In this document: piece by piece, positions 27,801 to 41,200 of the stretch
How positions within the stretch are numbered: position 1 is the stretch's first letter
Layout: every line of letters starts with the position of its first letter
NCBI GenBank assembly: GCA_002633005.1
Contig: NMRA01000342.1
Span: 119,063 to 183,062 of the forward strand
Length of the DNA: 64,000 nt
Reading direction: 5' to 3'
Source: Phoronis australis
Taxonomy: Eukaryota; Animalia; Phoronida
Program-made: the position numbers and the translations under genes
Notes under the pieces: model-generated
Databases searched by the model: none
What the model saw: only the letters and a program-made list of their open reading frames with translations
What the model was told of the DNA's origin: nothing

Positions 27801-30800
27801 CTGTACAGGTACACCTCAAAATGCATTGTGAGTGGAGAGACCAGAAATCCCTCAGGCTCCTCATAAAAGAGGCAATGCATGTATGGTTGAACCATGCTGA
27901 GCGCTATCTCCATAGAAACATCGGTTCATTTGAATTCCAACTGTTTTGATATCTGGTCTCTCCCTTCACAATGCATTTTGATGTGCACCTGTACAGTCTG
28001 TTCACCGATATCACCTGACTGAATAATGTGGACTTTTGCCTTGAGAATGGTTTATAGTGAATAAACCGAAACATAAGATCAATAAGTCTTTGTTTACTTA
28101 CATGCTAATCTTAAAATTCGTGAAAATGTGGTTACTCACGGTCGGAAGAAATCCCTGAATATGCATGTCAAGTCCCCAGGTGTCTGTGTGGATATGTGGT
28201 AGAAGTTGATGGCGTGTCCAATCACATGCATTACTGGAATCATAAAACAATGTGTAGATGTGGATATCACCCACTACACAAAGCAAGAAACAACGGGTAA
28301 ATATTGATATTGCCCACAACATAGATCAAGAAATAACGGGTAGCTTTGATATCACTAACATTAATGAAAAAACAGCATGTAGATATTGAGATCACCCACT
28401 ACTAAGATAAAGACTGATTTTATACTGATATCACCCACTACCCGTTGTGCTTCATGCAATTTTTTTCTTACAATCATAGGCAAGCCTTATTTTTGATAGC
28501 CCCTCATGCAAAAGTGAAACATTTGAAAAATAATCCCAGCATTTTGGAGAATATTGCATAAAGCATAGTATCTTCAAGTTTCGTGTGAATGAGAGCAGCC
28601 ACTTGTGAGTTATGAAGTTTCGAAGTTGGCCAAAATTGTATATTTTTCTATGGTCGTGCATAACCTTAAACACAAATTCAGCAATGCTGACTGGAAACGT
28701 AGTTACAAAACTTACCAGTGAAAAACAGGGCCCAGCCAGCGATGTACTTGTGGAATGCAATGGCCGAGTCAAACGGGATATATTGATGGAGGAACGTCTC
28801 ACGAAGGTACGTGATGGTATTGCGGCACATAGTGACCAAGAGTGACGCGTACGTGAACATCATGCTGCTAGCCGCACCACGAGTCACCGTGACACCGTAG
28901 CCCGCAATACGACGAAGACCAGCGTGTTCTCGCTCAACAGAGAAATCTTAAAAATATAATGAATAAATTTAGTACATGAAATGGAAACTAAAAGCGATGC
29001 AACTGGATACAAGGAGGATCAACAGAGCTTTTGTTTCCCAGAAAATGCATTACTGTGCCTTTAAGACCACAGACTCACATAATATAATGGGATTTTGCAG
29101 TAAGCATTTGTCTTTGAAAAGAAAAAAAGCTTTCCCTATTTTGATATGATAACACCATGGACAGACAGTTTACTGACTGATTCTGTATATGCAACAGAAG
29201 AGGACGAATTTTTCTGAAATGCGTACAAGTTATGCCAACAACTAGAAGGAAACCAAACAAAAAAAAATAAATTACATCAGTCAATAACTACTAGCTGGAA
29301 GATTTTGTTCCAAAATTTCACCTTTTCAATGATAAGATGAAGTTTTGTAGTTTGAAACATCAACTGTGAAAGCAGGTGAAGTCGGGTATTGACACCATGC
29401 CTGCATATGGCATGATGACGTCATGTTCACATGTTCCCCATTGGCCAGTGAGCCAGAGATTTCAGATACAAATAGACCGCGTCACTTATGTCAATTCAGT
29501 ACACCTGCTTCACATGTTTGTCTGGGAATTATGTCACAGTCTATAACTGAGAGCGTAACTGTTCAGACCAATAGCATTCTACTCACAGTAAGCTCTCTCC
29601 GCAAACACTCCAATCACGACCAGCGTGTACAGCGTCAACCAGAAAATGTGTAAACGGTAGTTCTCAATATAACGCGTCAACTCATATAGTTTCTGTGCCA
29701 GAGGTGTGCGAGGGAACTGTTTCTTGATTGTCTGCACTTCCTGTAAAGCCACCGACTGCGCCCTTGCCCTCTTGGCAATGCGTTCATCTGTCTCAGATCT
29801 CATCGACTTGTAGACAATGTTGCGAGCTCTGGTCAGAGTGGCTTCTCTCTTAATCATTGTGCCCGCTGCCCGGTTTTTGTCAATTCCTGGACCAGGAAGG
29901 TTCTTGACACCAGCGGCTGCAATTTTAAGTTAGCATGAAATCAAACTTGCGACAAGAAATGGAAGCATCCAAATTTTGTGGCAGTGACTGAATTTTCTGG
30001 TCTTATTTTGTAAAACTGATTATCTTACAAAATGAGAACTAACATTTCAAAAACTAACATGAACAACTCATTTTAACCGCCTCTAACTATAGAGGACTCG
30101 ACTCCTGAAATACACTATGCTAAGGTGAACACTGGATGCAGGTCAACTTTTGCAGTGACTCTGTGACGGGTTGCGATAACTTGGAACTCGCGCACAAACG
30201 CAAATGAAGCATAAATTACTGAGTCTATAAAACACGTTACTGTGTAGTTAGTGTGGTCTATCTATCAAACAATTTTGTTAATTTAAAAACGATTTTTAAG
30301 AAGAGGTTGTTTTACGGAAAACTGGCACATTAGGACTGTGTCAGCAATTTCATTCATACCTGCTGCGAAATTTATATGCATACAGATTGTGACTCATACG
30401 ATAGCATAGAACAGCTGATCAATCAAAAGCAATGCAAAGCGTTGAAATGTGTCCAGGACTGCACAGTAAATGGTATGTTTTTAGGGCAGTTTATTAGTAC
30501 CACTAAGGAATGCAGAATATGTCAAACACTTCTCCAAATAGGATGGCATTGATGGAATCACATCATTTGGCAAATTTCACAAAATTCTGTCCAAGAATTC
30601 GTAAGACACACAGTCAGGCAAAGTAACGTAAAACAATAAAACTGCCACTACAAGACACAGCTACAGTACTCCAATCCGAATGAAACTGCCATCTGTTGCC
30701 ATATTCATACCAATACAGTTGCCATATTTCACAAAGAACGTGCGAGGGTTTAGGATGTACAGCTGCGGGTGCAAAAAATAAAACTGCCACTAAGTGACAC

Positions 30801-33800
30801 ACAGCAGTAAGACCCACTCGAAAATCAACGTCATCTGTCATAACTCGGCAAGAACACATCGATTAATTCTAATAATGATCCTTGGAGTGGTTTGACAGAT
30901 ATAGAAGCGGACGGTAAAAATAAAATTGCCACAAGAGGACACTGCAGCAATCAGACTTTTTCCAAAATAATCATCAGCCGTGCACATTTTCATGACCCAT
31001 AAAGTGCCATGGTCGAAAGAGAGGTTGACACCAAAAACCAGACAAATGAAAATGGTCACAAGGTGATGCAGAACATGTTGAATACATCCAAAAATAAAAT
31101 AAAAAAGTGCATTGTAGTCTTGTCCTTAAGTCTATTTGCAAAATTTCATGAAAACCTGTCAAGGAACTAAAATATGCAGTTGGTAAATGTAAAAACTAAA
31201 AATTGCCACTAAATAGCACAGTGGAAGTCGAATCTATCCAAAAGCTGTTGTCATCTGCCCTCAGCTTGATAGAAACACGTCTGCCAAATATCCTCCAAGG
31301 GGTATAGGAGATACAGCAGTGGACGCCGGACGCCCACAGAGATGACGGCAAAATGCACTCATACTTTTTTATTGTTATTGGCATGAAAATGGAGCAGTTG
31401 TACAGTGGCGTGGTGAAACATGAATCATACAATGAGAGCAAATCCAGGAATCGGGTGATATGGTGTCATTTTCATTAGACGCAACTTCTGATTTTTTTCA
31501 TTACGAATCACACCAGTCCTATTTTTGATACCCCTCAAATCATGCAAAAGGGATTAATTTAAAATCAATAGGGTTTTGATGGTATCTGACAGTTTCATAT
31601 AAATCCGATCAGCCATATCTGAAACATGATGTTCCAAATTAGCCAAAATTGAAATTTTTCTAGGTTGCAAAGTAACCCTAAGTGACAAGTGCTAGAGATT
31701 ACCATTCCAGTTGATTTGCGCCGAGCCTAGAGCATCACTGTAGTTGGACAACATCCTCTTAAAATCCTCCAGGGAGACCGACTCTTTCGAAGTAATTCCT
31801 GCCTCTTGAAACATGGTGTCAATCAGTTTTTCAATCTGGTCTTGTTCTACACTGGTACTAGACAGCTCCATGAATGACCTGTGGACAAATACCAGGTGTG
31901 CCAATTAGATAGTTTTCACACCTTCTTCGACCAAACAGTAGAATCATCACACGCTGCCTGACCTAAAGGTAAATCATTGAAAAACCTATTAAGTGACTGA
32001 GGCCTTGATTTTTGAACACTGAGTTTTTGGTCTAAGTAGCCTAGGCCAACCTAATTCTCTCCAGACACCTGATTGTACCTAACAAAACATGGATATAGAA
32101 TTTTTCAAGTTGCGTGCAAAAATTTGTCACGTATATGGCAGCCCCTACTTGGCCTACAGCAAACATGGAAAAATCGCATTAAAAAAGCACTAGAAATGGT
32201 AAAGAGTGACATTTTTTTCTGCACACAGTATGTTTCTGTAATCATCAAGAATTTAAAAAACATGTTTTGTTTCATGGGTTGACGAGTTGTATTTAAAAAG
32301 ATATTTAAAGAAGTATGATGGTAGCAATGGTATTCAACTGCCTTAAGGGTTTTCAATTTAGAGCTTAACTTCAGAAAAATTGAGTTTTTTGTCTAATTGC
32401 TAATACGTGCCGCACTGAAATTTTTAACAACATTTAACAAACCTTCCAGCATTTACAGTCAATTGTAAGTTGTTGAAAATATGACGCAGGCCCTTATTTT
32501 ACCTTTGCCCAAAATTGAAAAACCACAGTAATTGAAAGATGCCCAATTAACACCATGATGTATCTCAAACATTTGTCCCAGTTTCAACTCCAATGCTGCT
32601 TCAAAAGTTTCATGTAATGGTCCAGGCTGAGTGGCCTGAGCACATCTGATGCAAAATATAACAAGGTCACTATATAATAAGGTCACATGCACTATATAAG
32701 AAGGTCACATGCACTATATAACAAGGTCACATGCACAATTTTTTCAAATTCAAACAAGGTATAATGGGAGAACATCTAATGACGTGACGTCCCTTTTACC
32801 AACATTTCTGTAAGTTCAATGTGCAGGCATAAAAATGAACGAGCACTATATAAGTGGTTCACGTCGCACACTGTTACTTTTGAGGAGCACAAGACTTTAA
32901 CTTTAGTTCTGCATTCCATGGCACACAATGCAGCCATAGATTCAGGATTTAGTCTTGGGGGGGTCCAAAAGAGACGAACACAGTGGACGCTTGAGATTCC
33001 TCTATAATTAAAAAGTCACTGAGCAATGGGATGTTTAGACAACCTGGAAACTCTATCTGGATCTGCTCCCGTCTTGATCACACACTAATTATAGTGACCC
33101 TTTGTGCTCAATCATAAAGCTATATTTTGCCCTGTTAAAAGCTGGCTAAAACATGAAAATTGAATTAGGCCTGTGACTCTCATAAAATCACACTTCTTTA
33201 CCTTGAAAGGACTTGTATTCTGTTACGACAAAGAACAAACAAACACACAGCAGGTCAAATACTGAGATGGAATATTGTCAATTCCAGATGACCAATGCTC
33301 AGGGACCTCCATTCAAAAATAGGTCAGTCACTGGATATAACAATGACCATTTGCACAAGTATATAAGACTGAACTGTAATGTTTTGTTCCCAACAAATAG
33401 TGTACACTTAAGGAAGATGGTGCAGATGACTGTGAACAACAGAAAATCCCTTGACAACTACTCTGTCGCGCTGACTCGTGCAAAGTTCATAACTTTACTA
33501 ACCGGCACCAATTCGGGGTTGCTTGGACACAGTAATGTTTGTAAGGCTGCAACTCTTTGGTCAAGAACTCAAAATGTTTAGTGACAGCTAAACAGGGCGA
33601 AATAAAGCAACTGAATGGAGTGAATGTGGTGGTTCACTTATCTTAAGCTGTAGTACTCGGCACTGAGAACTTCAAGGTAAAAACCCAAATTCAATTCCCT
33701 TTGGTACAACTCTTTGATATAAAATGTATAGCGCCCCCTATCAATGCTACGGTTTTGAGAGACAATGTTCCCAGTAACCTCACCTCAGCATAGTTTCAAA

Positions 33801-36800
33801 GTCTTTCCGAGTCAGTGATCCCACATTTTCAACATCGTACATGTCAAACATGAGCTTGGCTTTGTCTTCCGCAGTTCCTAGAAAGAGATCATTGTAAGAT
33901 CTCATGTATCAAAAGCTGAAGGTTTTTCTGAAACTGAAATCTCAAAGACGAAAAAGGTCTTAATTATTCATATGGAGTACGTGAAATATAAATAGTAATT
34001 ACTTGCTTACATAGGTTGGACAGAGAGTTTTTACCTAATAAAACGAATTGTGCATGATATTTCTGAAGGGACAATTACTGCACTCTACTAATACAGCCAT
34101 GTCACATAATGTTGCTGGAAAGGCTGAAAATTTTACTTGAAAAACCTGCAATGGTGTGTTATTACACTGAATGAAGTCTGTTGATGAAAAGAAAAATGAT
34201 CATTACTAAAATGCCAAAAAGCAGCAACTGGTCAAACTTCTGTTTCTTTGCCATGACGACTAAATAAATTTCATTTCCAATCATTAACTGATCCATCAAT
34301 GGGTGATTCATTATTTCAACCAAATACTGATACTCTCTAAATATTATTCAGTTCATGTAATAGCTAATCTACCTTCATTACCAAAGACTGCATTTCTTAA
34401 AAAATTTTGAAGTATAGTAGACCCATAAAAATACTGCATGTATCTCCTTATGAGCACGAAATCACCACTAAGTGGCACCACAGTTGTCAGACGATCCGAA
34501 AATCAACGACAGCCATGGTCTTCTCATCAGGAATGCAAATGCTAAGTTTCATAATAACAATCCCTTGAGCAGTTTGGCAGATAATGGGGAGGGCACAAAA
34601 CACAAACTTGGAATTCCAAAAAAGGCCACCAGCTGGCTAAGAATTCGTCAAATCTATCCAGAAATGGAAAGACATTGTTGTCTTCTTAATAGAAACTTAA
34701 TTGCTAAATTTCACCAAAATCCAAGTACTCCAAAGACAAAGAAGAAACATAACAAAAATTAAAATTGCCAATAGGATCACAGAATAGTTGGAGTGTTCAG
34801 AAACTTGTCAGTATCCTTTGTCATCTCCATAGGAACACATCCGCCAAATTTCACAAAGATCCTCCAAAGGATTCAGCAGATAAAGTTTTGGACAAAAATA
34901 CCACCAAGGGGTGCCAGAGTAGTAGAACCAACTAAAAATCAACATCACACGCATTGTTCTCATCAGAAACACTGTCAATTTTCATAATGATTCGTCAAGT
35001 CATTTTGGCAGATACAAGGCAGACATCAAAACCGCACTAAAAAATTAGGTACCAGGTAGTGCAGAATACATCAAATTCAAAAATGGGAAGGCAACTTTTG
35101 TCTTGTATTTGCTAGATTTCAAGAAAATCCATAAGGGGAGATCAAAGATACAAAGGCAAAGACCATAAAAAATTGCCACTAAGGACAGATAGGTCCAAAA
35201 TTTGTCGTCGTCTGTCGCCAGCTTCATAGGAACAGTTCCGACAAGACAATGCAAGGGTTAGGAGATACCGCAGCAAATGGCAATATAAAAATACAATGAA
35301 AATACAAATTGAATAATAATTACATGCAGTAATTTGTGAGAAAAATGCATTTTGGCTTTCATGTTTAGAGAAGTAGGCGGTGTTCCTGCATTAACCTCAT
35401 ATATTTACAGGGCAAATGTGGTAAGAAGCTCAGTGTACACAGCACGGTGTAAAGCCTGCGACTTGGAATACATGTAACGTAGATTACATCTTTTACAAGA
35501 ATTTCATAAAATCACTACAGCAATGCATGCGCAGGGATAACAACATGTCATTAACAACTCACAGAAGTGACCTACTTTGCAGTAACATAAAACGCGCTAG
35601 TGTTGGTATGCATCGGATGGTAAATGACGATCATACCTTTAGAGAATATCACTGTCATGTCCAGAAACTCTCGGAAGGAGATGTAACCATTGTTGTCTTT
35701 ATCAACCAATTGGAACATGTTCTCGATGAACAGTGAGTTGGGCTTGGCACCCAGTGCATCGGCAAACTCAACTCGTGTGAGTTCACAATCAAATATCTCC
35801 CGAGCACTCAAAGCCGATTCTCGCAGACTTTGACTCTCACCTAAGTCTTCAATAACAAACGCCTATAAGAGAACTGACATAATTTCAGCAACCATCGTTT
35901 TTTAGAACGAACAGAAAAACAGTCAAAATGAAACTAGACCAAGTTAAAACAAGGCCATGTTAAAACTGGGCCAAGTTAAAACTAGGCCAAGTTAAAATTA
36001 GGCCAACTTACACTAGGCCAAGTTAAATCTAGGCCAGTGTCCTCAGGGAGAACTAAACCATAGATGAACCAAAACAAAATTGAAGAGTTCCAGTCTTCTG
36101 TCATTTAATAAACAAGGCAACTAGAATGGAAAGCTTGAGCAAGATAGTTCAAGACAATGCAAAGTGTTTTGTTCCTTCTGTTTCATGATAATTTTGGCTT
36201 CACAAATACAGAATTGGATGCAAGCAGAAATTTTAACAATCATATTCTTGTCCGATACTTGGCTATTGGTGTTATCTAGGTCCGACTAAGTACCTGTACC
36301 ACTTAAACCAGAAGTTACTTACACAAAATGTTGCACCTTCAGATTGAATTTATACCAAATACTTCTTTAACAAAATGGTTTTCAAAAAACAACACTTTTA
36401 AGTTTCAATCGAGTAATCCAAATCAAACTGAACTGAAATTTCTTAATTTGGAAATGACCAACCTTTTATCGTATCTGAATTATGCTTGTAACAGTTATGC
36501 ATGTCATTAAAAAAAACGATTGTAGTAGTTCTGTGAAGTGGTAAGAAAAACTGAATGTTGTACTAGCAGACTTGACCTTTGACATTGGGACACATTGTTT
36601 TTTGTCTTCGAGATTATAGCTTTGGTATTTGACTTATGTGAATAATGAACCAAAAAAGAAAACAGTGACCCAAAAACTCAAACCAAACAGTTGTAAACTC
36701 TGTTAACTGTAATATTTTTCAGCCTTAAATTCAATCATGTAAAATCAACTTTCAAAACTCGATTGGAGCAAATAATGTGAGTAGCTGGGATGAACATGCA

Positions 36801-38046
36801 TACAGTCAAGTGGGACCATTGTTGTCATTAGCTCCACCAAGTGGCCCACTGACAAACCAAAGACACCAAAGGTGGGTTCAGTAAATCTTGGTTACTAAGC
36901 AGCACAGGCCAACAATACTCACGTGAGAGTATATTTTCTTAAAGAATTGCTCAAGTAGCTTCTGCCGTACACCCTTAGTGATGGCCTGGGACAACATTTC
37001 TTTCTCTTTTTGAACCCTCTCTTCACACCCAATGCCAAGGTCATGTAGAAATGTTTTCAGTTTTTCTATGAACTCTTGCCGAAAAGACATCTGATCAAAT
37101 GACAGGATCTGAAATGAGAATGTGGACTTACATGTATGCATGATAAGACAGCATCCGACAACTTAAAACATGGATCGAACTTTGCGTGACATGTGCCTAC
37201 AATAAATGCATGCTGCTGCCACCTGCTTCCAAGGCAGCTTTACACTACCCTGACTATAGCCACAAGACGAGAGATGACACTTTGAAAGGAAGTGAATTAA
37301 GAGCAGAGGTAGGCCGATAACAAAACAAACAAGCTGAGGTAGGCCTTCACTTAAGGGTGGGTTTAGATCCTAACTATAGAATTTAAAAGTAACTTTCATT
37401 ACCAAGTCGTATTCTTTAGGCATGCGAACCAGCAGTTTCTTCATTTGTTTGTCTGCAGACTCGAAGATGACCAACTTGGTCACCATTGACAAATCGATCA
37501 CTCGCAGCGACCTCCCTCTCTCATCCAAAACTTGTATGGATTTCTTCGTATCGTCAAACTTCACTTGCACCGTGCGGCTTCCCTCTTTTGGACCAACATA
37601 CTCAATGGCTACATTTCAAGGAGATAAAGATTGTAGTAACCAGACTTGGACGATGATTATGGTTACGATGATGATTGAAATGGAGTGAATGATGGCGATG
37701 ACGATATCGATTGTAACAATGACGATGATGTTGACAGAGATGACAATAAAGATGGCTGACGATGATGAAGACAAAGAATATGAAGATGACAGTGGTGATG
37801 ATGATGATAGCACTAAATGTTTAGATCATGACAATGACGATGATGATGATAGAACTATTTGTTTAATTCACGATGATTACGAATTCAAGATGATTGATGA
37901 CAGTGATGATGGTGGCGGTGACGATGAAACTGATATTGATAACCACGACAGTGCTGGCAATGATGATGATGATGATGATGATGATGACAGTGATGATGGT
38001 GGCGGTGACAATGACACTGATATTGATAACCATGACAGTGCTGGCA

Positions 38047-38098
<52 letters not shown>

Positions 38099-38255
38099 CA
38101 GTGATGATGGTGGCAGTAACAATGACACTGATATTGATAACCATGACAGTGCTGGCAATGATGATGGTGATGATGATGATGATGATGACAGTGATGACGG
38201 TGGCGGTGGCGATGACACTGATATTGAATACCATGACAGTGCTGGCAATGATGAC

Positions 38256-38288
<33 letters not shown>

Positions 38289-41200
38289 AGCAGTGACATG
38301 ACAATGGTGATGAGGATGATGATGCCAACTGTTTTAATGATGGCGACAATGTCATTGATGACACTGAGAGTGACAGAGAGTGCGATGTATTGTGACGATA
38401 AATGACATGAAGTGGAGTATTCAGTTTAAACATTTCATGTGGATATAATGCTAGCTCTTATTTTCACAAACCGCTCAAAATAGAAGACAGTACATCAAGA
38501 CAATTGTTAATGAATTCGTAAGGACATCTTTTTTTGACACACCGTCAACTAGACATAATGTTGGAAAAGGCCTGGAATTTTCCTTTCATTTTTTATTGAA
38601 AAGTTTGACAGAATGTGAAGCATTTGTGTCAAGAAAACAAAATCCACAGCAGTTAAATGTTCTATTCCGGTACGACATCACATGCATTAGTTCAAGTACT
38701 GCAGACCATCAACGGATCATTTGAAAAGAAAACCACAGTGAGTATAAACATTGAATGTGTTGGAAACCCAAAGTAAGTGGAAACATGTTGAATGTGATAG
38801 GTTATGGGGGTCCTCCCATGGTATGGTCGGGTGCACATGAATCGCTGTAGCAAGTAGAATTTTCACCGTTTTGGTATCAAACTATGTATTACGGTTTTCT
38901 CTGTGTTAGATTTCGATGGACATGTTTTCATTCAGGTCTCAACACAGCAGACAGTCCAAACCTTATTGTTGAGAGAAATCTACCATAGAGTGGGGTTAAA
39001 TGTACTACTTAGGCCTGAAAACATGTTTTTAGACTAGCACACCATCTACAAGGCTATCAATTCAATCTTTACATCGGCACTCTTGACCAGTTCTGTTTCA
39101 GCATTGCAGAACCACCTGAGTGTAGTCAATGACACTATTTTGTTCTAGAAACAAATTCTGGGATTGACTGCATACTTTGTCTGGAAATGGTGACAGCACT
39201 TACATATATACATAGAGGGCACTCTAGCATGAGTGAATAAGTTGAGGAAGCCTCATAGAGACTTGTTTACTTGGGAAACTATGGTACACAAGTACACAAC
39301 TTATTAAGATCTTAAGGATTCGTTCCCGAGTTTACAAACAAGGCAGTTATAAAATTATTACCTGTGGTCAAGTCACTGCGATCAGACTTTCTCCTTTCTT
39401 TAGCGCGACTGTTAGCCTTTTGTTGGTCCATCTTTCGCTGTTTCCATTTAGCGAGAGCGACCAGTAAAACGACGCAAACTATGCAAAGGAGAAAATGACA
39501 GCAACCATTAAGAATTTCGTGCCAACATGCACCACCATGCAGGTCTGAGGCCTACACATCACCTATGGATCCACACACGCATGTCTTAATGCTCCTAGAC
39601 TGAACTTTAAGGGGTTTCAATGCATCCAAGTAGCCATGCCAGATTTTCTTGATAAAACCATGAACAGACTGGAGTTTATTGATTGCTTTCTAAACTACTA
39701 TTTGATACAGGCAATGTTCCAACCAATTTCAATTATAACAGTGTAATGAAGTCAAATGTCAGTTGCTTGACTGAAGGTGGCGTGACAGCAGCTGCACTAA
39801 GCACCATAGCTGTTAACATTTAATTGCCCAAACAGTGAAGGAAGCGATGATAATCTTACGTAAGAAGAACAGAACGCATGCTGAGAAAGTCAAAATGTAG
39901 GGCACATCACTGCCTGTGAAGTAATCGTAGTACTGTACTGGGGTGCACTCTTCCAGGTGTGAATCATTGCCATGCTTCAGTTGGAACGGCTGGGGACACG
40001 GGTCAGCGGTTTCCCGAGTGCACACCAGGCTGCAGTCTCGAACAGTGTCATTGCATGTTGCCATACAGTTGTTTTTGTTTTGCTCCGCTGAAACACCCAA
40101 ACATAATACTGCAATGACTAAGCACTTAATTTAATCATTTACTTCCGATGAAATAGCTAGTCACAGTAAAACATATTAGCCAAGATCTACAATGCAATCA
40201 TTACGTAGCTAAAATTCAAGAAGAAATTTAAGAAATTGCCAGATAAAATTTTGGGTCCCCACATATTGCTATTTTTGTGAGTGATTTCTTTTACAAATTT
40301 AAAGTTTTCAGTTGAAACATAATTCAATGTGTGTTACAAAATATAATCAACTACTGAATATAATCTGTTTCCATCGCCAAATACGGAGAGACACAAAACA
40401 TTGATTCGTAACCTTCTAAGCTAAACTCCCACAGACTATTCCGGCAAATACGAAACAAATAGGATATAAGGTCATCATTAAGATCACATTAAGACATCTA
40501 CGTCATCTTACAACATTTCATGATGTCGTCCAGACAGGTCTGCATGGTCACTGTATTAACAGAGTTACCTGTAGATACTGTCCACCTGTAGAGAGATTTA
40601 CCTGTTGCAAAGAAGAACGGATTCTTCTGAATATCATCTTTTGTGATATCTGTGGTGGCCAGAATGATGTCGTAAAGAGTCACCTTCTTGATTTGGTTTA
40701 CTTCATTCGTTGTGAATAACCTAACAGATGTCAAAGTGCAACTAATGAGAAAACACTACACTTTCTCAACATCAAACTTCAGTCGGGTAATCATTACAAC
40801 TGAATTTGTTGCCCCACCAAAAATGAGATGGGTGCACCAGAAAACCCAGTTAACACCACCTCTTAACCCAATTGCCGGAGCACAGTCATAACACGATCCA
40901 GAAAAAATTTAACATTTCTCAACATCCAACTTTTCAGTACATGACAAATTACACAAATGAATTGCCGACAACATTCCCAACACATGCAGGCATACTGTAC
41001 TCACCCATTTAGGTTATTCTCAAACCAGAATCTATCTCCATCTCTGATTCGTTGGAACTGGTCACGGATAATCCTCTGGAACAATGGTCCGGGTCCGGTG
41101 GACCGTGTTTCCACAATGCCTGCAGCCCAAATGTCCAGGATGTTGAGAGGATCTACTTTCCCATTATATTTCTTTTTTGCATGCTCAGTGTAGATATCTC

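Noticed and set aside
37863-38433. Poly-His, poly-Ser, poly-Ile and poly-Met ORFs
   Set aside because: Automatic translations of a (GAT/ATC)n repeat in an intron; DUOX exons 15 and 16 join in phase without them.
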